DNA of 64,000 nt from Gemmatimonadales bacterium (GCA_965250155.1 OZ252291.1:1804024-1868023); one strand, 5' to 3'. Numbered from the stretch's first letter, positions 42,509 to 52,338 are shown. Numbers and translations are program-made. The notes: a model not told the origin generated them from the letters alone.

Positions 42509-44062
42509 ATGTTCCTCGACCTCGGCATCATCGCCACCTACTTCGCGATCATCCTGGCAATCGGCATTCGAGCCCGCGCAAGACCGGACGTGAGCGCCGA
42601 GGAGTATTTCCTGAGCTCCCGCTCGCTCAAGTGGCCGGCCATTGCCATGTCAACCATCGCCACCAACATCCAGGCGGGCCATTTCATCTCGATGGCCGGT
42701 TCGGCGTACCTGTTCGGACTGGCCCAGGCGAACCTCGAGATCAACGCGATCTTCGGAATTCTGATCGCCACCTTCTTCTTCGTCCCGCTGTACCTCCGAA
42801 TGCGGGTTGTCACGATCAGCCAGTTCTTCGAGGCGAAGCTCGGATCCAATGTCGCGCTGGCGTACGCCGTGCTCATGATCATGCTGTACTCGCTCCTCTA
42901 CCTGGGGACGGCGCTCTTCTGGGCGGCATACGTGATCGACGGCGTGTTTGGAAGCATGGGCGGACTGCCGGAGCTCGATCCTGCCGTGCGACTGGGACTC
43001 CTGGTCGTGGCGACCGGCGTCTTCTCGGCGGCGTACACCTACCTGGGCGGGCTCCGGGCGGTCGTGCGCACCGACATCGTGCAGTTCGTGCTGCTCGTGG
43101 GCGGCGGGATTATCACGCTGAGCGTCGCGATTCACTATGTGGGCGGCTGGTCTCAGCTCTGGAGCTCGACCGGTCACCTGATGCATCTCCATCTCCCACG
43201 TGACCACGACACGCTCCCCTGGACCGCGCTGTTTGGCATGTTCCTCCTGAACCTCAACTACTGGGGTGCCAATCAGGTGATCTTGCAACGTGCGCTGGCA
43301 GCGAAGAGCCTCAAACACGCGCAGATCGGTCTCCTCATGGGCGGTGCGCTCAAGTACCTGATGGCGCTCATCGTCATCGTCCCGGGAATCGCCTTGGCGG
43401 GGATTCTGGGTGACCAACCACTCGATGACCCCGACCTCGCCTACCTCACGCTGGTCAACACCTACCTGCCCGCAGGCGTCCGCGGCCTCATTCTGTGTGG
43501 GCTCTTCGCCTCGATCATGAGCACGCTGGATTCGATCTTCCACTCCGTTGCCACCCTTTGGTCGGTGGACATTTACCGCCGCCACCTGCGACCGGACGCG
43601 ACCGACGCTCAGGTCGTGCGGAGCGGCAGGCACGCGATCGTCGCGGCGCTCGTCTCGGGCGTGCTCTTCAGTTTCGTCGTGATCTACGTCAAGTTCGGCA
43701 ATCCGGCCTTCCCACTCACCCATTGGTTCAATGAGCTGTCGTACTATGTAAAGAACGGGTTCGTGCTTCTCGTGCTGGCGGCGGTCTTCCTGCTCCGCCC
43801 GTCCCGGCGCCTCGTGCTGACGACGCTGCTCTCGAGCGTCCTGCTCTATCTGGCGCTCAACGTCGCCTTTCCAGAGATGAACTACTTCGTGCGGTCGAGT
43901 TGGGTAATCGTCGTGACGTTCGCCGCGGTGGCGATTCCCACGATTGTGCAGAACGGGTGGCGTCTGGACCAGGCCCTCCTCGTGGTGTCCCATCGGAGCG
44001 TGGCACGATTCGGCACGGCGCTGGCCGCTTCCCTCGTCGTGGTGCACGTGGTGTTCCACTGA
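42509..44062 (+). CDS. sodium:solute symporter (SSF) family transporter
   Basis: 517 aa with about 13 TM segments. EEYFLSSRSLKWPAIAMSTIATNI and GLRAVVRTDIVQF are typical of SSF. Confidence 0.75.
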   Translation: MFLDLGIIATYFAIILAIGIRARARPDVSAEEYFLSSRSLKWPAIAMSTIATNIQAGHFISMAGSAYLFGLAQANLEINAIFGILIATFFFVPLYLRMRVVTISQFFEAKLGSNVALAYAVLMIMLYSLLYLGTALFWAAYVIDGVFGSMGGLPELDPAVRLGLLVVATGVFSAAYTYLGGLRAVVRTDIVQFVLLVGGGIITLSVAIHYVGGWSQLWSSTGHLMHLHLPRDHDTLPWTALFGMFLLNLNYWGANQVILQRALAAKSLKHAQIGLLMGGALKYLMALIVIVPGIALAGILGDQPLDDPDLAYLTLVNTYLPAGVRGLILCGLFASIMSTLDSIFHSVATLWSVDIYRRHLRPDATDAQVVRSGRHAIVAALVSGVLFSFVVIYVKFGNPAFPLTHWFNELSYYVKNGFVLLVLAAVFLLRPSRRLVLTTLLSSVLLYLALNVAFPEMNYFVRSSWVIVVTFAAVAIPTIVQNGWRLDQALLVVSHRSVARFGTALAASLVVVHVVFH

Positions 44063-44205
44063 GACCTGTTAGAAGTTGGGTGGATGCTCGAGGCAGACAT
44101 CTGGATGTCGATGCAGCCCTCGAAAACCCAGTTCGTGGAAGAAACGCAGATCCCCCAAATCCCCATCGTATTTCTGGCCGCCGCAACTTCAAAAGCGTAT
44201 TCTAT

Positions 44206-44262
44206 ACAATAGATCACCAGCCGGACAATAGATCACCAGCCGGACAATAGATCACCAGCCGG
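44206..44262. repeat. three perfect tandem copies of a 19-bp unit
   Basis: ACAATAGATCACCAGCCGG x3 (44206-44224, 44225-44243, 44244-44262). Confidence 0.95.
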
Positions 44263-44273
44263 GCCAAGACGCT

Positions 44274-44345
44274 GTGTCAGAGCTCCTCGGCCGCCTAAAA
44301 TCCGCCCTATCCGACCGCTACGCCATCGAAGAAGAACTCGCCGCC
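44274..44345 (+). pseudogene. N-terminal stump of a Ser/Thr protein kinase
   Basis: VSELLGRLKSALSDRYAIEEEL matches the leader that precedes the GxGxxG loop in many Gemmatimonadota/Acidobacteria kinases (..AL.DRY.IEREL-GRGGMATVY). The kinase sequence itself never follows. Confidence 0.45.
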
Positions 44346-44504
44346 GTGCTCGGCGGTGCCGCTCTCATTCCCATCCTCGGAAAGCCCAAAACGGGCCCTT
44401 TCTGTCTCCGGGATGGATTTCAAAGCCGGGAGCTCGTCAAAGCCGATATCCAGAGACTCGGGTTCACAGGAAGTGAGGAACTCCTTCACGAATTCCCGAG
44501 AGGG

Positions 44505-44741
44505 TCAGGATTCGTCCAGGCCCTTCTCTTTGTCCTGCATCTCCCCTGGACTCGGCCACCCCTCCAGCGGGCGCTCCCTTTCGAGCGCCTTTTTCGTGGC
44601 TTCCTTCCAGTCACCTTTGAGCTTGAGGCGACCTGGTTTCGGGCCTCGTTTGGTGTCGTCCTTGATTAGCAGGGGAGACGACATGTCGTCTTCAGATGTC
44701 GTCTCTTGCTGGACCCGTTCATCCGTTTTATACTGAGTCAT
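44505..44741 (-). CDS. hypothetical small basic protein
   Basis: 78-aa ORF with KRGPKPGRLKLKGDWKEATKKAL. The same frame continues after a TGA into ORF 44307..44489. Confidence 0.35.
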   Translation of the reverse strand: MTQYKTDERVQQETTSEDDMSSPLLIKDDTKRGPKPGRLKLKGDWKEATKKALERERPLEGWPSPGEMQDKEKGLDES

Positions 44742-45135
44742 GGAATCTGTCGTCCTTCTCAGTGAAATCGACCAACAGCGGCAAACCCTGCGTGAACGAA
44801 TTGCCGCCTTTCAGGCTCAACTGGACTTGCTCGACAAGCTGGCAAAGTCGGCTGTGCGTGTCAACGGCAAAAGCAGCCTCAAAAAGAGAAGCGGGCGAGC
44901 GTTCCCCGCTCGCACCGGAGTAAACAAGCTCATCCGGCGAATTGTCGAGGATAACCCTGGCATCAAGGCAAAGCAGGTTGTTGACAGGATCATTGAAGCC
45001 GGGATCGAAACGAAGGCCGACGACCCCCGCAGGGCCTTCTACTCGTCGGTTGATACACTCCGACGGCGGGGGCACTTGGTGAAGAAAAACAGCAAATTGT
45101 TTATCGCCGAGAAATGGAAGGGAAAAGGGGGCTAG
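44740..45135 (+). CDS. hypothetical coiled-coil + winged-helix-like protein
   Basis: 131 aa. N-terminal heptad-like LSEIDQQRQTLRERIAAFQAQLDLLDKL, C-terminal IRRIVEDNPGIKAKQVVDRIIEAGI...VDTLRRRGHLVKK. Confidence 0.45.
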   Translation: MESVVLLSEIDQQRQTLRERIAAFQAQLDLLDKLAKSAVRVNGKSSLKKRSGRAFPARTGVNKLIRRIVEDNPGIKAKQVVDRIIEAGIETKADDPRRAFYSSVDTLRRRGHLVKKNSKLFIAEKWKGKGG

Positions 45136-45626
45136 GGGGACCGGCGCCTTAGCGCGACCGTTCCGCTCGACCAGGGCCATCCACCCACATAGGTTTCGTC
45201 CACTTCGACGTCCCCCCCTAGCTCGCCTGTTGGCTGGTCAGCCATCGCGAAGCGAATCCGATGCATGAGGAACAAGGCCGACTTGTAGGTCAGGCCGGTC
45301 TCCCGCTTGATCTGCAAGGCCGAGATGCCCTTCTTCGACGAGCAGGCCCGCCAGAAGGCCAAGCACCAGTATTTCAGGGGAATCCGGGAGTCCTCGAACA
45401 CGGTCTCGGTCCTGACGCTGTACTGCCGCTTACAGGCCCGGCAGCGCCACCGGAAGCCCTTTTCCCGCTCGCCCGTCTGGCGGTCCTTCATCTGGTACAC
45501 GTCGTCGGACTCACAGCGGGGGCAAACTGGCTCCTGGCACCACCGCTGCCACTCCATGAACTCCACGGCTTTGGCCTCGTCCGAGCAGGCTTCTGGGATG
45601 CGAGAAATGATGGTTTTCTTGCTCAT
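45132..45626 (-). mobile_element. truncated IS1595-family transposase (zinc-ribbon N-domain only)
   Basis: CPRCESDDVYQ...WRCRACKRQYSVRTETVFEDSRIPLKYW...ISALQIKRETGLTYKSALFLMHRIR...VEVDETYVGG. The ORF ends right at the first DDE aspartate region, and no catalytic domain follows. Confidence 0.65.
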
Positions 45627-45950
45627 TGGCGATGGGGGGCATCGGCTCGAGCTCCTGTTGAGCCTAAATATAGTCTATTCAATCGTTTGCGTCAAGTATA
45701 CAATTCCGCCAATGACTATCGGCAAGACGTCCTGAAGTAGACAGCGTTGCTCCAAACCGCAGTAGTTCCCATGGCTTGTGAAAGCGTATGAGATCTCTTA
45801 ATATTAGATCTATAGAAAAGCATACACCTGCGAGCATTTGAGTTCGCCTCTCACGCTCATCGCTCCAGGGTGTATATTGACCTAAAGGCTCGGGAGCGAC
45901 GGCCGATCAGGCCGCTGCCAGTTTTATGGTGGAGCCGAGCCGATGCGAGC

Positions 45951-46859
45951 ATGATGAGACCGACGCTACTCATTATCCTGGCCATGGCCATGTGTGCCAG
46001 CACGGAGGCCGTGGGCCAGCGGAAGAAGATCTGGGATCGTATCAGCTTCCGGGAATCGTTCTCGGACAAGAAGGGACGATCTCGGCCGGCGTCGTTTAGC
46101 GTCCTGCTACCAGGTGATACCACACCTTCGTACAGCATCCGCACAGCCATGCGGGTCGACCTCGGTTTCGGGAGTTTGGGCAAGAAGGTCGATATCGGCC
46201 CGTACGTCGAATACCGACGGCACACGAACATCAAGAAGGCGCAGAATGTCCTTATGCTCGGGCTGGCAATGGACTGGCAGACTCGGGAAGAAGTGGGGGA
46301 GAAGGGGAAAAAGAAACCGTGGAGTGCCGTCATGGTATTGCGCTTCAACTACAAGAACGACTTCATTCGCTCCACCAAGTCGGTGCAGACGAACCTGCTC
46401 TTCACGCCGGTAGCGCAGGGCCGCGGCGGCATTCTCCAAAGGCTCTTTCTGCCGAATGTCCCGACGAACTTTGGCACGGTGATGCAGTTCACCTACAGCC
46501 CGTACATCGGTCTCGAGCACGAGGGCGTGCTGAGCGCGAAGGCCGATTCCCTGGAAGGCTCCGTTTTCCGAGCAGTCACTAAGGTGCGGGCGGAGCTGCT
46601 TCCGCTTCCTGCGCAGTTGTCACGAAAGCTCGAACTGAACGTCGAGTACTCCTACGTCTACGACTTGATGAACCGTGCCGATCCCAATCGGCTCACGACT
46701 GGGCACCGCCTCGTGAAGGCGGACATGAACGCGTGGTTCGTGCGAACGGCTACCGGTAGGATGGCCGGCGTGTCACTCTCATACGTCAACGGCGAAAATC
46801 CAAGCGTCGGTTTCCGAAACCAGCGACTGATACAGATGACGTTTGCATATAAGTTCTAG
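45951..46859 (+). CDS. hypothetical outer-membrane beta-barrel-like protein
   Basis: Signal MMRPTLLIILAMAMCAST at Met 45951. Alternating strand-like pattern. Terminal ..MTFAYKF. Confidence 0.5.
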   Translation: MMRPTLLIILAMAMCASTEAVGQRKKIWDRISFRESFSDKKGRSRPASFSVLLPGDTTPSYSIRTAMRVDLGFGSLGKKVDIGPYVEYRRHTNIKKAQNVLMLGLAMDWQTREEVGEKGKKKPWSAVMVLRFNYKNDFIRSTKSVQTNLLFTPVAQGRGGILQRLFLPNVPTNFGTVMQFTYSPYIGLEHEGVLSAKADSLEGSVFRAVTKVRAELLPLPAQLSRKLELNVEYSYVYDLMNRADPNRLTTGHRLVKADMNAWFVRTATGRMAGVSLSYVNGENPSVGFRNQRLIQMTFAYKF

Positions 46860-46985
46860 CCGTACCATCTGAGGCGCTCGCATCTCACCTGGCCTGAGCG
46901 CCGTATTTCGGAAGTACGTCCGTGCGGCTCCCGGGACCGAGCCGCAACTCGTCGTCTCACCAGCAGAATGTGGCCCCTTAGATCT

Positions 46986-47275
46986 TCAGCACGACAGGCA
47001 TTCGTGATTGTTCTTGGCGCCCATGCTCTCCAACAGCGCGGTCGTCTCGGGGAAGGGTTGCACGCGCTGCTGTGGACCGTTTGCCATGTCGACCGTGGTT
47101 TGGCCCCGTCGGCTCACGAAGGTCACATCGGCCACGTGCTCGACGAGGAATAAGATAGCGTCGTTGTCCCCTCTGGCCGCGGCATGGTGAACTGCGGAGT
47201 ACCCGTCATGATCTCGCACGTTCAGGTCAACGCCCAGTTCTTCGACGAGATACCTCACGGCGGGAAGCCAGCCGT
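46986..47275 (-). pseudogene. C-terminal ankyrin-repeat fragment
   Basis: VRYLVEELGVDLNVRDHDGYSAVHHAAARGDNDAILFLVEH is one to two ankyrin repeats. Upstream in-frame sequence is Arg/Ser/Pro junk, and a different frame (47281-47358) reads a GHKL N-box. Confidence 0.5.
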
Positions 47276-47493
47276 CGGAAGATCTCGATGACGCTGGCGC
47301 CGGAATCGAGCGCGTTGGCCACCATCTCGGTGACGATCGTCTCCTCGATGGAGCCTGGATAGGCCTAGCGGACATCCTGTAGTAGATGAACGAGGTCAAC
47401 TCGGGTCTCTCCCAACGATCACCTCCGAGGTTCCCGGCCGGGGCGTCGGATGAGAATGGCGCGTGTGGTTTCTTGAGTCATGGGAGCGAAAAC

Positions 47494-47769
47494 TCAGAGC
47501 TTCACGTCACCGCCCGGATCTCGTTCCTTCAACTCATCTAGGATTTTCCGGGCTTCCTTGCGCGCCTCTTCCGCAGCCTCTTGGTCAACCCGTGCCTCGT
47601 ACCAGTTGGGGGTGCCGGAGCTGTTGACCGGTATGAACAAGATCATCCCTTCCTCGAGTGCAACACCGAGTCGGTTCTTTGGTATTGCGATGGTATGGCC
47701 GTTCTCATCGATGAGCACGGCCATAGCCGCATCGAGCCGGTCTACTGCATAGCGTTGCTCAGTGGCCAT
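47494..47769 (-). CDS. DUF3006-like small protein
   Basis: Start at MATEQRYAVDRLDAAMAVLIDENGHTIAIPKNRL..EEGMIL. Overlaps the end of the upstream MBL gene, which is its usual partner. Confidence 0.6.
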   Translation of the reverse strand: MATEQRYAVDRLDAAMAVLIDENGHTIAIPKNRLGVALEEGMILFIPVNSSGTPNWYEARVDQEAAEEARKEARKILDELKERDPGGDVKL

Positions 47770-48625
47770 AGCTAACTGCAGGAACCTCTCTTTGATCTTG
47801 CATGGGTGCACTCGTGGCCCGGCCGGTGTTGACGACGAACGTTCCGTCGACATTCCCCTGAATAGCAATTTCTCCATGCAGATCGGTGCGATAGATGGCG
47901 TCGCAGGCGGCGCGGTAATAGCGCATCGCCCATTCGTGAGGATGTCCATAGGGATTACCGCCACCGACGGAGATCACCACCACTTCCGGCTTGGTCCTCG
48001 ATAGCCAGGCCGGCGAAACAGCGTCACGACTTCCGTGATGAGCGGCCTTCAGCAGCGTCACATCGGACACACCCAAGGACATGAAGTGATTCAGCCCTGC
48101 TATCTCTGAATCACCGGTCAACAGAGCCTTGAACTCACCGTATTCCACCAGAAGACCGATGGACTGGTTGTTCAGCTTGTCGTCCTCAGGCATTGGGGGG
48201 AGGACGTGAATGTCTATGCTACCCAGTTCGATAGTGCGAGCCGTGGCTTCGAGGTAGGTAACGTCGGAATTCCTCACCGCCCAGAGCACATTTCTGTAGG
48301 TGGCCGTGGTGTGGGGAACGCCGTTGTCCATGTAGAAGCGAACGGGGAACCTCGCGAGCACGGCTGGCATTCCGCCGATGTGATCGGCATGGGGATGACT
48401 GGCGATGACGATGTCGATGGAGTCGATGCCGTGGCGGCGGAGCAGGTACACGATCCCCGGGTCGTTGCCGCTGTCGATGAGCGCGACTTTTCCTTCGGGC
48501 GACCGAACCACGATGGCGTCCCCTTGGCCCACATCGAGGAATATGAGTTCTACCGAACCCGTTTGCGCCGAGCTGCAATACGCGCCGCAAAGCACCAGAA
48601 TGGCGACCAGCAGGATGCTTCGCAT
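47759..48625 (-). CDS. secreted MBL-fold metallo-hydrolase (ComEC C-terminal-like)
   Basis: Signal MRSILLVAILVLCGA. LDVGQGDAIVV, ASHPHADHIGG, LLTGDSE, KAAHHGS. Confidence 0.8.
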   Translation of the reverse strand: MRSILLVAILVLCGAYCSSAQTGSVELIFLDVGQGDAIVVRSPEGKVALIDSGNDPGIVYLLRRHGIDSIDIVIASHPHADHIGGMPAVLARFPVRFYMDNGVPHTTATYRNVLWAVRNSDVTYLEATARTIELGSIDIHVLPPMPEDDKLNNQSIGLLVEYGEFKALLTGDSEIAGLNHFMSLGVSDVTLLKAAHHGSRDAVSPAWLSRTKPEVVVISVGGGNPYGHPHEWAMRYYRAACDAIYRTDLHGEIAIQGNVDGTFVVNTGRATSAPMQDQREVPAVSYGH

Positions 48626-48777
48626 GTGCTGAAGATGGCGCTACGGGCGGCAAGGCGGTAGGGCGGAAACTACGGGCGGTAGCCCCACCCCACAGCATTC
48701 GACACGGATCGACGGGTCAAGTCCCGAGTTGTGTGTAAAAGTATTTGAGCAAGCTCCTCGGCACGAACGTCTAGCAG

Positions 48778-49626
48778 CTAGGCAGACCGGTCTTCCGGCA
48801 GTGGCAGCGGTGGGTCACTGGCCAGAGGAGCCTCGCCGCCGCTGCTTTGTTGACCTCCCGTCCCACCGAGTGTCGTATCGGCGAGAATCGGTTGACCCCG
48901 TGCGAGGCGCGCCCCGACCGCCAGCACGACCCCCGCAAGGATCGCCACGACGATCATCCAGGTCGGTATCGAGAGCACCGATCCGATCCACGCGTAGAAG
49001 AAGAATCGCGGAAACCGCCCTATCGTCGTCGCCACCATGAACCGCGCGAGTGGGAATCCATGGAGAATAGCCAGGCAGCGAGCCACCCAGAACGGCAATG
49101 GGGTAGCCGCGAAGAAGATGGTGGTGGTCGCTGGCGCCCTCGCGAATCGGTTCACGGCCCACCGGACCGTTCGGTGATGTCGGATCGCCTCCAGCCGATC
49201 CCAGTTGAGCATCCACGAATAGATGTGCCAGTTCACGAACTCCATGTACATGTAGACTGCGACCGCTACGAGCGTGACCGTGATGGCAGGAGCGTACTTG
49301 CCGGCCGCGACGATCAAGGGGTCGAAAGTGGTTGGGAAGATGGGACTCAACGGCCCGTTGGTCGGGACTCCCACGATGGCAAGCCACACGAGGGGCACTG
49401 CTTTGGGAAACAACAAGGGGATCGGGATGAGCACGAGACCGGCCGCACCGGTGGCCCGCAGGAAGAGATCCCAGCGGCGGTCGCCTCGTGGCTTGGTGAG
49501 AAAGCGCCAGGCGTTCAACTGGTACCGTTCCAACTCGTGCCGTTCCAACGATTTCTTCCTCGAGAGACGGTGCGCCCCGGGGAAGCGGCGTCTGAAGCCC
49601 AATGAAAACCTTGGTAGGCGAAACAA
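48778..49626 (-). CDS. integral membrane protein (VTT/DedA-like, tentative)
   Basis: 282 aa with 5-6 hydrophobic segments and a Gly/Ser/Pro-rich tail. Confidence 0.45.
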   Translation of the reverse strand: MFRLPRFSLGFRRRFPGAHRLSRKKSLERHELERYQLNAWRFLTKPRGDRRWDLFLRATGAAGLVLIPIPLLFPKAVPLVWLAIVGVPTNGPLSPIFPTTFDPLIVAAGKYAPAITVTLVAVAVYMYMEFVNWHIYSWMLNWDRLEAIRHHRTVRWAVNRFARAPATTTIFFAATPLPFWVARCLAILHGFPLARFMVATTIGRFPRFFFYAWIGSVLSIPTWMIVVAILAGVVLAVGARLARGQPILADTTLGGTGGQQSSGGEAPLASDPPLPLPEDRSA

Positions 49627-49684
49627 ACTGGAACAGCACTAGCCTCCAATCGACCGGATGCGGATCCGATGGGTTGCACGAACG

Positions 49685-50692
49685 TCATGCGAACGGCGCT
49701 CTGGCACTAGTCGGCTCGAATCGCCCGGACTCCAGAGAGCGGTATGCGGCAAAGACAACTTCCATATCCCGGCGGGCCACTGCGAGGGACATGGCAGGCT
49801 CGCGTGCGTCGCGCACACACGCGAGAAAGGCCTTGAGCATGCTCCGGTAGCCCATGATGTCGAGCAAGCCGGGAATGCGGAAACGCTTACGCCGCCCCAG
49901 GACGAGGGCCCATAACCCATTGCTCTCGAACGTAATATTGCCGTGCGTGCCGTAGATCTTGGACGTCTGGAGCCCGCCGATTCGATTCAGCGTGTTCCAG
50001 GAGTGCAGCAGCTTGCCGATCGAGCCGTTTTCGAACTTGATCAGCACCTCCAGGTTGTCCTCGACCGGCGCGAGGGGCTTGTAAGCAACAGTGGGTCTGG
50101 CGGCGATGACCTCACGGGCGCGGCCTCCGATTCCCAGAACCATGTTGACCCAATGTACGCCTCCCTCCAGGAGCGCGCCTCCTCCCATCAACACGGCGTC
50201 GGCACGCCACCCCTGTGCCGGCCGACGACCTGTCTTGTTGAGCTCGGTGAAGATAGGATCCCCGACATCTCCGGCTTCCAAGTGACTGCGAAGCACGGAC
50301 GCGAGCGGTTTGAAGTAGAAGTTCTCAGCGATCATGCAGATCACGCCGGCCCGGTCCACCGCCGTTTCCATCTCGGTCAGTTCCTCGAGGCTCCGGGTGA
50401 CGGGCTTCTCGATGAGCATGGGCTTGTCGTGTTCCGCAGCCAGTCGTGCGTGATCCAGATGAAACGCCTGGGGTGTGCAGATGAAGACGGCGTCCACCTC
50501 GGGTGAGGCGCAGGCTTCTTCATAGCTGCCGAACGCGCGCGCACCCCTGAACCGGCGGCGATAGGCCTCCGCCCTGTCCAACGATCGACTGGCATAGAGA
50601 AGGTTGATCTTCGATCTGAGTGTGCGGGCAACCCGGCTATGCAGTTTCGCTATTGATCCGCATCCGAGAATGCAGAGATTGATGCGACTCAC
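49685..50692 (-). CDS. Gfo/Idh/MocA-family oxidoreductase
   Basis: GTG at 50692 in a GTGA overlap with the GMC gene stop. INLCILGCGSIAKLH Rossmann motif and EKPV motif (LIEKPVTRS). Confidence 0.75.
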   Translation of the reverse strand: MSRINLCILGCGSIAKLHSRVARTLRSKINLLYASRSLDRAEAYRRRFRGARAFGSYEEACASPEVDAVFICTPQAFHLDHARLAAEHDKPMLIEKPVTRSLEELTEMETAVDRAGVICMIAENFYFKPLASVLRSHLEAGDVGDPIFTELNKTGRRPAQGWRADAVLMGGGALLEGGVHWVNMVLGIGGRAREVIAARPTVAYKPLAPVEDNLEVLIKFENGSIGKLLHSWNTLNRIGGLQTSKIYGTHGNITFESNGLWALVLGRRKRFRIPGLLDIMGYRSMLKAFLACVRDAREPAMSLAVARRDMEVVFAAYRSLESGRFEPTSARAPFA

Positions 50693-52278
50693 TTCGCGTG
50701 CGAGCCGGCAACGGTGTCCCAATGATCCACAATGTGCTCTCCCACTCTGAGAGCGTTCGCCGCAATTGTGAGGCTCGGGTTCACCGCGGCGGACGTAGGC
50801 ATGAAGCTGGCATCTACCACAAAGAGATTGGGAATTCCCCCAAAACGGCACATGGGGTCCAGAACCGCGTTGGCCGGATCGGTTCCAAAACGGCAGGTTC
50901 CCATCGCGTGGGAGAACGTGCTGACGGGTATGCGCACCCGAGCCACCGCACCGGCTTTTCGTAGAATGCGCGCCGCTTCCCGATACAAGGCACGACGGCC
51001 CTGGAGGTCGCGCCGGTGGTTTTTGTAACGCACCTTGGCGATCGGTTGCCCGAATGGGTCTCGTTTCGTCGGGTGGAGTGTGACACGATTTTCGAAGCTC
51101 GGGATGTCCTCAGCGATGCATATGAGAAAGATTTGATGGGTGTGAGTCAGCGGTCCGATCACCGCCACGGGAAGGGGTCCCGTCTTCATGAACTCGGGCG
51201 GCGGCACCTGTAAACCCTGAATCATTCCCCACGGTCCCGACGGACGGCCACCGGTTGGGTGACCGAAGTAGAAGTCCGTGATGGCAAGCTGTTTGTGAAA
51301 CAGCTGCTCAGGGTTTGTCTTGGATCGGAAGAAACCGGATACGATGCCGCTGCAATGACGCATCAAGTAACGGCCGATGAGAGGACCGTTTGGCCGTACA
51401 TTGCCTAGTCCTGAAGCCAGCAGGAGCTTCGCCGAGCTGATGGCCCCGGCACTGACCACCACCAGATCACAGGTGACGGCAGATGTCTCGCCCGTCACGA
51501 GATCGAGACACTCCACGCCGGTGATCCGACCGCCCGTGCGGACGAGCCGTGTCGCGACCGTCTGGTCTTTGACCACGGCGCCACGTCGGATAGCCTCCGG
51601 CAGGATGGTCACCGAGAGATCGTTCTTGGCGCCGATCTTACACGGGAATAAATCGCAGGTCATGCATTGAATGCATTGCTTGCGGCCGTCCCGGCCATTG
51701 AAGTTGATCGCGAGGGGAATCGGAAATGGTTGTAGGCCCAATTGTTTGGCCGCTTCCGCCACGCGTCTGGCCGGCGATCCGTAGGACGGGGGCGCGGCGA
51801 TGTAGTCCGATTGTCGCGGCGGCTCTGTCGGATCGACACCGGCCACACCTACGACGCCCAGCATCTGTTCTGCCTGGTCGTAATAGGCGGCGAGGTCGGC
51901 ATACGAGATCGGCCAATCGACGAACGAAGCTCCCGACGGCGGCGCACGAGTGGCGCGGCTAAGCCTCTGGAAGTCCGCTTGACGTAGGCGGAACGAGGCG
52001 GCACCGTAGAAGACGGACTGTCCGCCAACCGTTTCGTTGGGGTACTGCAGCGCCGGTCCGAGGAGGCGATTTGTTTCGAACGGCGTTTTGCTTCGGTATT
52101 TCCGGTCGATGTGGATCGCCTTCGTGTCCCATGCACTATCGTCCCGGTCCGCCCATCGGCCCCGCTCCATCACCAGAACACGGATCCCGGCTTCGGCGAG
52201 CTTGAACGCGGTCATGCTCCCGCCGAATCCGCTTCCGATGACCACGGCGTCCCAATGCCGTTGCTGGGGGGCCGTCAC
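50689..52278 (-). CDS. GMC-family FAD-dependent oxidoreductase
   Basis: WDAVVIGSGFGGSMTAFKLAEAGIRVLVMERG FAD motif and C-terminal HAMGTCRFG. Confidence 0.8.
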   Translation of the reverse strand: MTAPQQRHWDAVVIGSGFGGSMTAFKLAEAGIRVLVMERGRWADRDDSAWDTKAIHIDRKYRSKTPFETNRLLGPALQYPNETVGGQSVFYGAASFRLRQADFQRLSRATRAPPSGASFVDWPISYADLAAYYDQAEQMLGVVGVAGVDPTEPPRQSDYIAAPPSYGSPARRVAEAAKQLGLQPFPIPLAINFNGRDGRKQCIQCMTCDLFPCKIGAKNDLSVTILPEAIRRGAVVKDQTVATRLVRTGGRITGVECLDLVTGETSAVTCDLVVVSAGAISSAKLLLASGLGNVRPNGPLIGRYLMRHCSGIVSGFFRSKTNPEQLFHKQLAITDFYFGHPTGGRPSGPWGMIQGLQVPPPEFMKTGPLPVAVIGPLTHTHQIFLICIAEDIPSFENRVTLHPTKRDPFGQPIAKVRYKNHRRDLQGRRALYREAARILRKAGAVARVRIPVSTFSHAMGTCRFGTDPANAVLDPMCRFGGIPNLFVVDASFMPTSAAVNPSLTIAANALRVGEHIVDHWDTVAGSHAK

Positions 52279-52338
52279 GTCACCCTACCTGACATCCACT
52301 TGCTGAAGTCGTCATTGGGGCAGGCGCAAAAACCCATG

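Noticed and set aside
44206-44262. CRISPR-like array.
   Set aside because: The three 19-bp units are contiguous with no spacers, and no cas genes are present. No other regularly spaced repeat exists in the window.
44505-44507. In-frame TGA as selenocysteine or programmed read-through.
   Set aside because: No SECIS-like hairpin is obvious immediately downstream, no selenoprotein-type motif is present, and the region is full of other gene debris. A nonsense mutation or a spurious ORF is more likely.
47281-47358. Calling a GHKL/MutL-type ATPase gene from PGSIEETIVTEMVANALDSGASVIEI.
   Set aside because: Only about 26 residues (the N-box) are readable. A stop lies immediately upstream, and the frame dies right after. 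It is reported only as a fragment within the scar region.
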